The notes below the pieces were generated by a model. It did not search any database. It saw only the letters and a list, made by a program, of their open reading frames with translations, and was not told the origin of the DNA. Both the position numbers and the translations under genes were made by a program. Of a stretch of 64,000 nt of DNA, positions 30,790 through 44,066 are shown piece by piece; the first letter of the stretch is position 1, and every line of letters begins with the position of its first letter. The stretch comes from an uncultured Planctomycetaceae bacterium (GTDB lineage Bacteria; Planctomycetota; Planctomycetia; Planctomycetales; Planctomycetaceae): NCBI GenBank assembly GCA_963813715.1, contig CAWFAK010000007.1, positions 928,001-992,000 on the forward strand. Direction: 5' to 3'.

Positions 30790-32688
30790 TCATTTGGCAG
30801 GGCGCGGCGCCACCGGCTTGAGAATCTCGCCCAGGGCGTCTAACCGCGCCGGGTTACGTACCAACTCCAGGTAGCGCAACCCGTCGGCATACTCGACCAT
30901 CACGGTCCGGAATTGGTCGCCGTCCAGAAGCAAGAACTCGATCTTGCGCCGAGCGACGCTATCGGCCAGAGCGTCTTCCAGGCGTTCGCGGCTGAATTTC
31001 TTGGTGTTGACGCCGAGCACCCGCATACCCGGAGCAAGGCCGGCCTTATCACCGGGCAACCCCGGGGCGACGTCGGTAATCCGGCCATCATTGGAGAAGG
31101 TGAGGCCGAGGGAATCGCGGGCCGATAGCAGAGCCTGGCCCCCCTGTTGCTGGAGGTAGTCCAGAAAGGCCGGGCATTTGGTTGTGTACTGCAGCCGATA
31201 GCCGCAGCGGCCGACGACCTCAAGCGGCGGGCCCTGCTGCGTCGCGGTCACACGACGGGCGAAAAAGGTGTCCCAGTCGTAGTCGGCGAGCTGCTTCAGA
31301 TCTTGCACGATTTCGGGCAGATCATACGGCACGACGTGAGCCTCGGAACGGTTCGAGCCCAGGAACTTCTTGCAAAAGTCGTCCAGGCTGTGTTTGCCCT
31401 GCGACAGGTCGCGGAGCAACGCGTCCACCTCAAGCCAGAGCAACGCGCCCTCAGAGTAGTAGTCTTGGCTGCGGCGGAGGTCATTCCAGTTTGCGCTGGC
31501 GCCACGTAAGATCGGGCTGGCGACAGCCGTGTCCTCTAGGGGGCGCCAGCGCCGTCCTTGCCGCCGCATGAGGGTGCCGAGTTGTGCAGCCAACATCTCG
31601 CGGTACTCCGGCTCCGGGATCAGGCCGCTCCGCACCATCAGGACTTCGCCCAGGTATTCGGTCAGGCCTTCATAGACCCAGAGGAGCCGCGTTTTCTGGG
31701 GCGTGTGGAAGTTCGGCGTGCACATGGCGGCGGGCCGGCGATACTTGCCGCACCACGAATGCACGTATTCGTGCGGGATCAGGTTGGCCACCCAGCCCTT
31801 GCGCTTTTTGTCATCGATCAGATCGCGCTCGCGCACGCCGTTCAGGCTCGAGGTCAGGTGTTCCAGTCCCAAATAACCAAGGTCGTCGCTACACGTAATC
31901 AGGAAGTGAAACTCGGGATAATGGGCCGTCCCGAAAAGAGCCTGCGCCTCGTTCACGACGCGTGTATACAGGTCAATCACCTTCGGGTCGAGCTGCAAGG
32001 CACCGGGCGATTCCGAGGCGACATGCAGGAACGTCTTTGGCGTCGTGTTCAGAGCAATCGTGCGTAGATGCTCGCCGGCGATGAGCGGGCAGTCCACGAG
32101 TTCCTCGAGACTGACAGGCTGAAAGGCGATGCCGTCATTCTTGACGGTGGACTTGAGGGCCGTCGCGAACTGCCAGCGTTCGGGCAGGCGGAGTCGCATC
32201 TGGACGCGGGTTTCATGCGCGGTTGGACCTTCGGGATAAACCAAGCAGGTGTTCCAGTTGAGCACGCCGACCGAGGAGTTGCCGTAGCTCAGATGTCCGC
32301 TAGCGAGGACGGCGGGCTCGTTGCAAATGTAATCGAGGTGCGCCCGTACCTCGCTCACGCCTGCAGGGACGTCGCAGTGGACGCAGAAAAGTTCGACCTC
32401 GTCGCGTTTCCAGCGGATGGGCTTGCCGTCAGTGGTCTCGACGCGAAAGCCGCCGACGTTCTGCAGCGGGCCCTCCGCGGCGTGGCAGCCGGGGATCCAT
32501 TTGGGATACCAGAGCCGCAGCGGTCCCGGGTGACAGGGAATGCGGATGTCGGCATGCACGAGCCGGCGCGCCAGTTCGCGGGCATCGACCTCGACCTGTA
32601 ACGTCGGCCCCTCGGCCCGGAGGGTGACGGGCGCGGTTTCCAGGAATAGCGCGGTCAGCACGAGGGCCACGAACCAACGAATCGACAT
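30790..32688 (-). CDS. M61 family glycyl aminopeptidase with PDZ domain
   Basis: Signal peptide, PKWIPG, GLEH, HEYVHSW zinc motif, LWVYEGLTEY, C-terminal PDZ-like PGDKAGLAPG. Confidence 0.92.
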   Translation of the reverse strand: MSIRWFVALVLTALFLETAPVTLRAEGPTLQVEVDARELARRLVHADIRIPCHPGPLRLWYPKWIPGCHAAEGPLQNVGGFRVETTDGKPIRWKRDEVELFCVHCDVPAGVSEVRAHLDYICNEPAVLASGHLSYGNSSVGVLNWNTCLVYPEGPTAHETRVQMRLRLPERWQFATALKSTVKNDGIAFQPVSLEELVDCPLIAGEHLRTIALNTTPKTFLHVASESPGALQLDPKVIDLYTRVVNEAQALFGTAHYPEFHFLITCSDDLGYLGLEHLTSSLNGVRERDLIDDKKRKGWVANLIPHEYVHSWCGKYRRPAAMCTPNFHTPQKTRLLWVYEGLTEYLGEVLMVRSGLIPEPEYREMLAAQLGTLMRRQGRRWRPLEDTAVASPILRGASANWNDLRRSQDYYSEGALLWLEVDALLRDLSQGKHSLDDFCKKFLGSNRSEAHVVPYDLPEIVQDLKQLADYDWDTFFARRVTATQQGPPLEVVGRCGYRLQYTTKCPAFLDYLQQQGGQALLSARDSLGLTFSNDGRITDVAPGLPGDKAGLAPGMRVLGVNTKKFSRERLEDALADSVARRKIEFLLLDGDQFRTVMVEYADGLRYLELVRNPARLDALGEILKPVAPRPAK

Positions 32689-33083
32689 GATGAGGATTCT
32701 CTGTGGAGAGCGGTGGGTCCTGCCGATCAGTTCGCGGGAGCCACTCTCAAGCAAATGCTGGTGAGAGCTTGCGTTGCGGCTAGGATCATTCGAGAGTTGC
32801 CGTAACTATTTATCGTATCGGCCAGGGCTACTTCCTGCACAGAATGGCCCCGGCTCACAGCTGCCAACGACGACGTGCTCAGATTGCCCCGACGGGCGTT
32901 CCGCAAGGCGACTTCTCACAGGTCAATGACGACGCGGTCGATCTCGAGTCCCGAGTCCAATAGCCCACTTTGTTCGAGTTCTCCGACCTTCGGCCTGCAA
33001 AGGACCCTCTGGATCCGCAGTGCGGGGGCGGAACACTGATGCGGCGTAGCGCTGGGTTCACAAGTTTGTTAGGGGGGACGAGG

Positions 33084-33825
33084 ATGCGAATTCCGATGGA
33101 ACCTAAGGACGCTGAGTTTTGGGACGAGTGGTGGCGGGATCGCCTTTCCAAGGAGCAGGGTTCCTCCGCGTTTCCCTTCTTTGCGTCGCCCATTGGACGT
33201 GACCCGCGTAGTTTATTCCGTCTCTTGAACGGAGATGATTTGTTGGCAACGGTGATGTCCGGACACGGCTTACGAACCATCTTGTGTGCCGGGAACGGCG
33301 TTTCACAGGAGCCGTCGCGCATTGGCGGCGGCGGGGTTTGACGTGACCGCGCTGGACATTTCGCCTCTCGCAGTGTCCCACGCAGAAGCTTATGAGCCAG
33401 ATTTGGACAGTCTCGGTCAGTTTTGCAGCGAAGAGCGACATCGACCGGGAGGGCGAGTTGAATTCGTGGTCGGCAACCTGTTGGACCCTGCAGTGTGCCC
33501 CGGTCCGTTCGACGTTGTCATCGAGCGACGCGCCGTTCAGTGGTTTGCCGAACACGAGCGGTGCGCCGCCTTATCCGCCCTTGCGGGGAGGTTAAACGAA
33601 GTCGGGATCTTCGTGAGCCAATGTCTCGATGACGCCTTCCCTCCGGCCCTTGGATGGTCACAACATAGAAGCGGCTTCTTCCATGCCTCGGATTCCTGGT
33701 TTCGGGAGCACGGCTGGGTCACCTGTGACGAAGTTGCGAGCCCACCATTAACAGGACGTGTAGCTTGGTTGGTCCGAACCGGTTCGATGAAACCACCGCC
33801 CCAGCACATGGACGGACAAATCTGA
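33084..33825 (+). CDS. Class I SAM-dependent methyltransferase (frameshift ~33315)
   Basis: ILCAGNGVS motif I continues in a second frame ALAAAGFDVTALDISP..GPFDVVIE. Confidence 0.7.
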
Positions 33826-33856
33826 ATATGCCCTACATCACCCACAAGGAGACAAT

Positions 33857-34659
33857 GTGAGCCAAACGCCGTACCCCGACTCGGTACTCGGACAGTCTCA
33901 AGGGCAGCAGGCAACTTCGACGACTCAATGGGGCAAAACGCCGCCCGTTCCAGAAATCAGACAGTTCCTTCAGGGGCCGCAGAAACGCAGTTTCGAGCTG
34001 AGACAGGCCGTCCGCATTTTCCTCGAGATCATGCGTGGCTTCCGCAAGCTTCATTTCCTCGCCCCCTGTGTTACCGTGTTCGGCTCGGCGCGCTTTACAG
34101 ACGAGCATGCGTATTACGGCTTGGCCCGCGAGATCGGCGAGCGGTTGGCTCGCGCCGGCTTCACAGTGATGACTGGCGGCGGCCCCGGCATCATGGAAGC
34201 GGCAAACCGCGGCGCAAAGGCGCCGGTGGCTGCTCGGTCGGCTGCAACATCGAGTTGCCGGAGGAGCAGAAACCCAACGCCTACCTCGATCGTTGGGTAA
34301 CCTTTCGGTACTTCTTTGTGCGCAAGCTGATGCTCGAGAAATACTCCTACGCCTTCATCGCCTTGCCCGGCGGTTTCGGCACCTTGGACGAAATCTTCGA
34401 GACGGCAACTCTCATCCAAACTCACAAGATTAAGAACTTTCCGCTCGTGATCGTGGGCAAGGAATACTGGCAGCCACTGCTCGGTTTTCTGCGTGGCCGA
34501 CTCGTCGAGTCTAAGACCATCGACCCAATCGATGCCGAGCACATCTTGGTGACGGATTCGGCCGAGGAAGCGGTGCAGCTGGTTCGCGACGCGGTGCTGC
34601 GGCAGTTCGGGCTGACTTATGGCCCAAAGATTAAACGCCGCTGGTTCCTGGGGGAATAG
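33857..34659 (+). CDS. LOG family protein (TIGR00730 Rossmann fold) (frameshift ~34218)
   Basis: VTVFGSAR, TGGGPGIMEAANRGA, YFFVRKLML, PGGFGTLDE. Confidence 0.92.
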
Positions 34660-34774
34660 GATGGATCCTGGCTGCGGGGCCGCTTGTCCGGACTTCAAAG
34701 GGGCGCCGGCTCAAGGCCAGTGATGTTCGTTTCTCCGACCTAACCGCCATCTCTGTCCACAGGAGATTGACCGC

Positions 34775-36254
34775 ATGAACGAGCTGAACGGCACGACCAA
34801 TCTTCGTGCGATCGCCCACAAGGCAATGACCGATCGTGGGCTCGAGCCCGACTTTCCCCCCGACGCGATTCAGCAAGTGAATGGCATACCGGGTCCGGCA
34901 CGCGAAACCGATCACTCGATTCGCGACCTCCGCCATCTCCTCTGGTGTTCAATCGACAACGATTCGTCGAGGGATCTGGACCAGCTCACAGTCGCGGAGA
35001 GGCTTACGGCAGGCGGAGTCAAAGTTCTAGTCGCTATCGCGGACGTCGATGCGATCGTCAAACCCGTGTCGCCGATCGATCGACACGCCAGCACCAACAC
35101 AACCTCCGTCTACACGGCGGCTGAGATCTTCCCCATGCTACCCGAGAGACTTTCGACCGATCTGACCTCTCTGGGGGAGGGGGAAGACCGGCTGGCCCTC
35201 GTCATTGAGATGGAAGTCGCTGCCGACGGATCCATTCAGGAGTCCCAGGTGTACCGAGCCTTGGTCCAGAACCATGCCAAGCTCGCGTATCGCGGCGTCG
35301 CGGCGTGGTTGGACGGCAAGGACCAGATGCCCGAAAAGATCGCTAAGACCAAGGGCTTGGACGAGCAGCTGCGGATGCAGGATCAGATCGCCCAAGTCAT
35401 GAAATCGGTGCGCTACTTGCACGGCGCTGGACCTTGAGACTGACCTTGAGACCATCGAGCCAGACGCCGTGCTGCGGGACGGCCAGGTCATGGATCTGCG
35501 GCTGGAACGGAAGAACCGGGCGCAGGAGTTGATCGAAGACTTCATGATCGCGGCCAACGGAGTGTCCGCGCAGTTTCTTGAGAAGCATGGCGTCCCGGCT
35601 CTCCGGGGCGTCGTTCGCTCTCCGGAACGGTGGGATGCCATCCGTAAGGTCGCCGAGGGATTCTCTGGCGACCTCCCCGCGGAGTCCGATTCCAAGGCGC
35701 TATCGGCCCTTTAAGCACGGCGCCGCTTGGCGGACCCGCTGCGTTTCCCCGACCTGTCGCTGACAATCGTCAAGTTGCTGGGCCGTGGCGAATATGTCGT
35801 TCAGTTCCCGTGGCAACAGTCGCCGGGACACTTCGGGTTGGCCGTTCGGGAGTACAGCCATTCCTCCGCGCCCAACCGCCGATTTCCCGACCTGATTACC
35901 CAGAGGCTGCTGAAGGCCGTATTGATGGAAGACAAGTCACCCTACAGCGCTGCTGAGCTGACGTCGCTAGCGACGCATTGCACCGAGCAGGAAGACGCGG
36001 CCGCGAAGGTCGAGCGCCAAGTGCGGAAATCCGCTGCAGCGCAGTTCCTCTCCGGCCGGATTGGCGAGATCTTCGATGCCCTTGTCACGGGTGCCTCCGA
36101 AAAAGGAACCTGGGTTCGGCTGCTCAAGCCTCCCGCCGAGGGCAAGCTGGTGAGCGGGCAAAAGGGAGTCAAAGTTGGTGACCCGATCAAGGTCCGGCTC
36201 ACCAGCCTCAATATCGAGCGAGGGTTCATCGATTTCGTGCGCTCAGACAAATGA
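34775..36254 (+). CDS. RNB-domain exoribonuclease (RNase II/R family); frameshift ~35430 and in-frame TAA at 35712
   Basis: SIDNDSSRDLDQ, VAIADV, LIEDFMIAAN, HFGLA..YSHSSAPNRRFPDL, C-terminal S1. Confidence 0.88.
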
Positions 36255-36395
36255 GACGGTGGCTCGCCTGGTCGTGGCCACTACTCGAAATCTCCCGCAG
36301 CGCATTGTGCTCGTAATCATTGATGCAGATGGCGCTTCCGCGGTACGCTTGCCGGGGTAATCTCCATCTCAAGCTACCACGAGGGACATGAGTGC

Positions 36396-36746
36396 ATGGC
36401 TAAGAAGAGCGAGGGCTTCAATCTGTCCGCGACGATTCGGGAATTCCGGAAGAGCCACAGAGGCCTCCCGGCGACAGCTGCCTTGGCAGCAGTTAAGAAG
36501 GCACACCCGAAACAGAAAATAAATGACGGCACGTTCAGGGCGACCTTCTACAAACTTGCCGGCGGCGGGAAGAAGAGGTCCGTCAGGAGACGCAAGCCCG
36601 GATCTATTGTTCCGGGCCACGGTAACGCCGACCACATCATGAAGGCTGGACTCAACTTCATCATGGCGGCGGGTGGCGTCGAGGCGGCCAGAGAAAGACT
36701 CGTTGGCTTAGAGCAGTTGATCGAGACGGCCAAAGAGGTCGACTAG
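36396..36746 (+). CDS. Small basic hypothetical protein, possible DNA-binding
   Basis: Lys/Arg-rich, NLSATIREF..; C-terminal AAGGVEAARERL helix. Confidence 0.65.
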   Translation: MAKKSEGFNLSATIREFRKSHRGLPATAALAAVKKAHPKQKINDGTFRATFYKLAGGGKKRSVRRRKPGSIVPGHGNADHIMKAGLNFIMAAGGVEAARERLVGLEQLIETAKEVD

Positions 36747-36852
36747 AAGTTGACTCGCCGTCGCGCTGGTTCGGCGACCGGTCCGCACAGGTTCAGCTGC
36801 CCGATCGATGATTCACCAAGCAAAACCGACAATCGGGAGCGACGATCAAGTG

Positions 36853-36869
36853 GCGGGAATCGAACCCGC
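36853..36869 (-). other. Isolated tRNA/tmRNA-like T-arm (possible att-site scar)
   Basis: rc reads GCGGG-TTCGATT-CCCGC with no accompanying D or anticodon arm recognisable. Confidence 0.5.
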
Positions 36870-37210
36870 GTTCTAACTTAAGCGAAAGCGCCCGTTGCCT
36901 TTTGCGAAAAGTGCCAACTCCGCTGCGCTGCACGGGCGCTGCAAACGGGCGGTCCTAATTGTCATTTCCTGTCATCGATTGACCCTGATTTGTAACGCGT
37001 CATCGCGGCGTGGAGGGTTTGCCGGTTGCGATTCGGAAGGCAGCGATCGCGCTGATTGGGTCTCAGTGAGTGATTGGCTTCAGGGTGTACGGAGGGTGGT
37101 TTCCGGTTTCCTGGTAGCCTCCGTCTGCGATTTTGAGCTGGTTCTGATCCTTTGACTCGGACCCTTGTTCCTGAATGCCCTCTTCCTTCGGAAGAGTCAT
37201 CGTTCGAAAT

Positions 37211-37352
37211 GTGCCCACCAGCCGTTGGACATCTTGTCCGCAATCCCGGCGACGCGGGAATTCTGTTCGACTTTACGCGACCCGTGTGTTTCCAAAGGCC
37301 AGTATGTGGCCATCGATGCGCCGATGCGCGGCGGAGCCGACGCCCGTGAGCA
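37211..37352 (-). repeat. Dispersed repeat module A, copy 4
   Basis: rc GGCGCATCGATGGCCACA..TTGGAAACACACGGGTCGCG..CCCGCGTCG..GATTGCGGACAAGATGTCCAACGGCTGGTGGGC matches 27771-27916. Confidence 0.85.
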
Positions 37353-37515
37353 GCACCGCCCGCACAGCCTCCTCGCGACGAAGCGCGTCGCAGGCCAGAT
37401 GCTGTCGTCTCAACTTCATCTCGGCTTGGTTTGTCTCGCTCCGAGGATTCGCGTTGCGACGAGTCTCGATTTAAGATGAAACCTCTAGTTTCCATCCGGT
37501 CGCAACCGCAGCGTT

Positions 37516-38016
37516 TTGGACGTCATGCAAACTGCCGTATTCCATATCGACATCGTCGCCGCAGTTTTGGCCGGCTATGCCGAACGACGCGTGTTCCATG
37601 GATTCAGTCGAGGTCCTATTTCGGGCGGAAAGGCGAGCTTCCAAATTGTCTGGCATCGTGGCCGGGTTTTCGAGCTTGCCTTCGACGCCCGTGCGGGCAC
37701 ACTGCGGGTGCTCAACCTGCTGACGGGCATTCCGGCAGAGTCGTCGATGCACGAGGACTTGAAAGCCTTTATCAGGTCACGGCAGTCCGACGCGTTGCCC
37801 GATCACCGTCGCCTTGACGCGCGAAAAACGCAAGTCCGCACCTACAATCGCAGCGGAAACATCTTGCTCGTGATCAAGGTTATGGACGGCGACAGTGAAT
37901 ACGCGGTCCGCAAGCTGGTGCACTTAATCAATGAGATTTATCTGACGTTTCTGGCGGACGGCAAATACTTCGACTATCTGGTTGATACTTTCAACCTCGA
38001 TCCCGATCGAATGTAG
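37516..38016 (+). CDS. Hypothetical protein (start uncertain)
   Basis: 166 aa coding-like ORF, co-oriented with cytochrome c and ThDP enzyme. Confidence 0.65.
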   Translation: MDVMQTAVFHIDIVAAVLAGYAERRVFHGFSRGPISGGKASFQIVWHRGRVFELAFDARAGTLRVLNLLTGIPAESSMHEDLKAFIRSRQSDALPDHRRLDARKTQVRTYNRSGNILLVIKVMDGDSEYAVRKLVHLINEIYLTFLADGKYFDYLVDTFNLDPDRM

Positions 38017-38082
38017 GTGAGGCGTCGGGGGCCCGCCCAACTCCGTGGACGTCGTTCGAGCGACCAGAGTGAGACCTGATCC

Positions 38083-38553
38083 ATGACCCGGCGACTCGGT
38101 GCAAAGGCTTTCTTGATCGCAACCTGTTTCGCAGCTGCGATCACGGCGACCTCCACGACGTGGTCCGGCGACGAACCGGCAAAAACCTCCGGCGCACTTC
38201 TGACGAGGGAAGAAGCGCGCAAGCTGAAGTCGCCCGTTCCGTTTAGCAAGGCGTCGATTGCACGCGGCAAAATCCTCTACACGCGCGCCTGCACCGAGTG
38301 TCACGGTGCCGACGGCAAATCGCTCGTCGACGTCATCGCAAACGCGACCGACCTCACCAACCCCAAGGCCTGGAAAAGCGGGACGTCCGAAGGAGAAATC
38401 TTCCGCAGCATCCGCGACGGCGCCGGCGAGGCGATGCCCCCGTTTGCCGACAAGGTGTCCAAGGACGAGGACCTCTGGAACCTGGTCAATTACCTGCGCA
38501 ATCTGTGGCCCGATTCGGCACGCCCCAAGTTAGAAAAAAAGACGACCCACTAA
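38083..38553 (+). CDS. Monoheme c-type cytochrome, exported
   Basis: Signal peptide, CTECH heme motif, distal MPPF. Confidence 0.92.
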   Translation: MTRRLGAKAFLIATCFAAAITATSTTWSGDEPAKTSGALLTREEARKLKSPVPFSKASIARGKILYTRACTECHGADGKSLVDVIANATDLTNPKAWKSGTSEGEIFRSIRDGAGEAMPPFADKVSKDEDLWNLVNYLRNLWPDSARPKLEKKTTH

Positions 38554-38586
38554 CCGCTTCACTCGCGCAAGAAAGGCGGAACCCCT

Positions 38587-40560
<1,974 letters not shown>

Positions 40561-40741
40561 CGGGCGGCGTCGTCGCGGATCAAGCGAGACGCTCCAGCAA
40601 GCCGGAGGAAACTAAGGCCGGCTGTCGCAAGCTGATTCGATTGCCGATCTCGAGATGATCCGTTCTGGCTTCCGTCTCCTCGAGGCGAAGGATTGGGCGT
40701 TCTTCGAGTTCCCCACGGTCGCCAGCCGTTGATGGTATTCG

Positions 40742-41065
40742 TCTTGGCCGCACTAGCGCCCCGCTGAGAGGCTCCTCACGCTACGAGGCACTTCCCGCCG
40801 GCTCAACAGCTCGGAGATCTACCCAGAGGCTCCGGGGATCTCCAGACTGTCTCATTCCGTCCTCAAGGCAACGTGAACTCGCCCCTGAAAATCGGCGGCA
40901 CGCACGGGAAAGCCTGATCGCCGGGTCCCGTCGCCGCGAGAAGGCGCCGACTAGCCGGTTGAACATCGTGTCCGCTAAATCGGCCGACGCGGCCATCCTG
41001 ACTGAGACCCTGCGCGACAGAGTTGTTCGCAATTGCGTGTTTGAAGCATTGATGCGCCGACGGGC
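40742..41065 (-). repeat. Composite dispersed repeat A+B, copy 3
   Basis: rc aligns with 27800-27945 and 28136-28251. Confidence 0.85.
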
Positions 41066-41096
41066 GCTGCGCGTAACGCGCGTAACCCCCGACACA

Positions 41097-41333
41097 GATG
41101 CGCTCGCCGACTCGGGTCTGATCTCTGTTGACGAAGGTTCCGTTCTTGCTGGCCAGATCGCGGATTCTCAGCGTGTAGTCGTCCAACAACAGCACGCAAT
41201 GATGCCGGCTGACCGAGTTCGAGTCGAGCACCAGGTGACAGTCGGTTTCGCGGCCGAGAATGAACTTGCCACGCGGAACTTGAAACGTCTGTCCGCAAAA
41301 CGGGCCCGAAATGACGGTGAAGGAAGCTTGCAT
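41097..41333 (-). pseudogene. Truncated near-identical duplicate of the FHA gene at 24758
   Basis: MQASFTVISGPFCGQTFQVPRGKFILGR..RVGERI matches the first ~79 aa, then homology stops abruptly. Confidence 0.85.
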
Positions 41334-41521
41334 CTTGCAAACTCTGCGTGGCGAGCTGGCCGAGTTCGATGCCAGCCATACGCATCCCTCGACGCAAACA
41401 AATAAACTGCGGGCCTGCATCCAGCTTGGAATTCGGCGAGCCAACAAGATGGCCACTGGGCCGGCGATAGGTGGAGCACCCTTCCTACCGAGCCGCGGCA
41501 ATGAGTCGGACGGGCGGCATT

Positions 41522-41578
41522 CACTCCCGGAAATGGGTCGTTTTTCGCGGCGTACCCAGCAAACGGACGAGTTTCTGA
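41522..41578 (-). repeat. Dispersed intergenic repeat family C, copy upstream of FHA duplicate
   Basis: rc GAAACTCGTCCGTTTG..ACGCCGCGAAAAACGACCCATTTCCGGGA. Confidence 0.55.
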
Positions 41579-42134
41579 AAGCCGTTCTCCATTTCCTTCC
41601 GAGCAGATGTCTCCTTGCGGTGCGACCGAGCTACAAACCCGCACTTTCCGGTTTGGAGAAGATCGGAGGGCGTGGGCGCAGCTCTTTCACCCATGCGAGG
41701 TCGCGGACCCTCAGGCGGGGCACAACGAGTCCTTCGCGCACGGTTGTTAGCCACCGTGACTTCTGCCGCCGCGCAATGCTATTGAGCCAAACCAGTGCGA
41801 AGACCGCGTAAGCAATCCACAAGCCATCGCCGAGCAGTTCGCTCGCCAGATCCGGTTCGCGAAATTCCAACTGTTGGAGCTTCGCCACCCATTGTGCTTG
41901 TTGCTCCGCGCTAAGTCGCGGGCTGTTGTTGAGCTTGGTCACAGTATTGGCCCTCGGACGGTGAGATTCTGAAACGACGAGCTCCCGAAAATCCCGGGCG
42001 CTGAGCGAGTCACACGAACGATTCAGCTCATCCGTCGGGACATCCGGCGGCGCTCGGGTGCGAGGTGCGACAAGGAGGGCTCCAAGGCTTCCCTGGGACC
42101 TAATCCGCCGACCACACTGTGCCCGTGCTAGACA

Positions 42135-42470
42135 AAGCGGAATCGGCGACGAAATCACCCCACAATTCGCAGCGATTCCCGCGAGAAGTCTCAGTCGGCT
42201 TGGGCGTTTCAGTCCGTCCCAGCTCGGTATAGAGCCACGCCGGAGCGTAAGCCCAATAGCAATCAGCCGTTGTCGAAGAGATGCCGAGTGCTTCGGAAGC
42301 TTGCGGTGTCGACCGACCCGCGAAAGAATTCGAGCGAGCGCTACTCAGCGACAACCTCGACGTTCTCCAGAGTTTGCCGACTCTGCGCATCGCCTCCACA
42401 TTGGCTTGCTTGCGACGCGCTTGGTCAATGAGGATCCGCCGGATAGCCTCGGCCGCCACCGCTTCCGACA
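42135..42470 (-). pseudogene. Degenerate ECF sigma factor remnant
   Basis: AAAEAIRRILIDQARRK and FAGRSTPQASEALGISSTTADCYWAYAPAWL resemble the intact ECF at 49884; 42135-42325 is repeated at 51306-51500. Confidence 0.75.
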
Positions 42471-42539
42471 GGTCGAAGCCCGACAACACCTGTTGCAAGA
42501 AAGGTTCGAATTCTGCCGCGGATTTCAGGGCGATTTCTC

Positions 42540-42715
42540 CGCTACCCCGGCCCGAGGCCTTATTCCGCCAAAACGTATGGCAATCCGGTGCACGGAAGCG
42601 CGTGCTGAAATACGGATGAGTTTCTGCCTGTGACCGCGGCACTTATCGGTCCTTGGCGTGGCCGCGAGAAGGTATGAGATTACGGGAGAGTAGCCGGTGT
42701 GACGACCAAATACGC
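42540..42715 (-). repeat. Dispersed intergenic repeat family C, longest copy
   Basis: rc matches 24520-24590 in its first half and 21810-21935 in its second half. Confidence 0.75.
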
Positions 42716-42908
42716 CTCATTTCGCCCGTGTTGATCCAATCGGCCGAGGGTCCGTGGAAATACGGATCCCGATTTTTGGCTTGTAACGCGCTTGCGACCA
42801 CGCTGCAGAAAGTCGGAAAGAAAGCCAACTGGGCTAGCAAAAAAAGATTCCAGGCTCGACTTCGCGGACTACGAGAAGGAAGAACCGTAGTCCCTGTGAG
42901 AAGCGGAA

Positions 42909-43886
42909 ATGGCGAGTCGCACTGTCGGCGAAAGTGTTATGGACTGGGCAGTCATTCGTGAGGAGGCGTTAGCTGGCCTCACGGTGTCAGTGATGCCGCC
43001 GAAGGTCCGGCTTCCCGCGTTACCGCACGCTGTCACGCTATTCGTGCAACGATCTCGAGATGAGACGGTCTTGTTGAAGGACCTGGCGAAGATTCTGGAG
43101 ACGGATGCCGGGTTGACGATCCAGCTGCTCAAGTACGTGAATTCCTCGTTCTTGGCAGTCCAAAAAAAGGTGGTTAGCGCATTTCAAGCTCTCTCGATAT
43201 TGGGATGCCAACACAGCCTCCGGTTCGTGATCGCGACCGGAATGGAGGCGGCAATCCGGGCTCACGACTCAAAGCTCATCAACCAAAACGCCTTCTGGAG
43301 CACGAACCTTCAAAAGGCGATCTTCTCGCGCGAGATCGCCTTGCTCCTGAAGACGGATCCCGAAGTCGCGTTCGTCGGTTCACTCCTGCAGGACTACGTG
43401 CTCCCGGTCCTGACGGACGACTTGTGCGATTACTATCGCCAGTTCGTGCAGGCCGAAGACACAAATGCACAAACCCTGAGTGAATTCGAGCGGGCCACTT
43501 TCGGGTGGGACCATGAATTGGTCGGCGCCTGCCTGGCGCATGCCTGGAACTTGCCGGACGAGCTTGTGTGCTGCATTCGTTATCATCACAGCGGATTGCA
43601 AATCTTGAGCGACCCGAGGCTGGGCCGATCGCCGGTCGCCGCGACCGCGCTGTCGGCTCTACTTCCCGACCGGTTCTGCGAGCACCATCACGGCTTAGAG
43701 CTCTTAATGCAACTGCAACGCACCTGGCCGGCCTTCTGTCTCCAACGGTTGGCCGAGTCGGTCGACCGACAGTACGTGCAGATGGGCCTGGGAATCCACA
43801 ATGATCCCCTCCTGCCACGTTGTAAGAGCTTGGCAAACGAACATTCCGCCTGTTCCGTTGGGACATTCGATGCGGCAGAAGGGTGA
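42909..43886 (+). CDS. HDOD domain protein
   Basis: LPALPHAV, ILETDAGLTIQLLKYVNS, AFVGSLLQD, E..FGWDHELVGACLA.AWNLP..IRYHH. Confidence 0.9.
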   Translation: MASRTVGESVMDWAVIREEALAGLTVSVMPPKVRLPALPHAVTLFVQRSRDETVLLKDLAKILETDAGLTIQLLKYVNSSFLAVQKKVVSAFQALSILGCQHSLRFVIATGMEAAIRAHDSKLINQNAFWSTNLQKAIFSREIALLLKTDPEVAFVGSLLQDYVLPVLTDDLCDYYRQFVQAEDTNAQTLSEFERATFGWDHELVGACLAHAWNLPDELVCCIRYHHSGLQILSDPRLGRSPVAATALSALLPDRFCEHHHGLELLMQLQRTWPAFCLQRLAESVDRQYVQMGLGIHNDPLLPRCKSLANEHSACSVGTFDAAEG

Positions 43887-44066
43887 CACGCGCGCCAGCT
43901 CGTTCTGATGGCGACCAACGTGCGATCACGCCCTAAAACCGTGCCCACACCTGCCAGTACCGGGATTCTTCGCATTTCAAGAGTTACTGCTCAGACGGTC
44001 GGACCCGCCAACTGGTGGACTCGGCCAGCCGACATTGGTCTGGCGACTGAAATAGGAGGGCGGACC

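Noticed and set aside
29650..30790. Short ORFs between DUF1501 and the M61 peptidase
   Set aside because: Partly coding-like but no consistent frame, start or motif
36853..36869. T-arm as attR of the tRNA-Arg element or as a full tRNA gene
   Set aside because: Sequence and strand do not match the tRNA-Arg 3' end; no other tRNA arms fold
41631..42158. 175-aa minus-strand ORF
   Set aside because: No convincing start or family motif; may be a remnant
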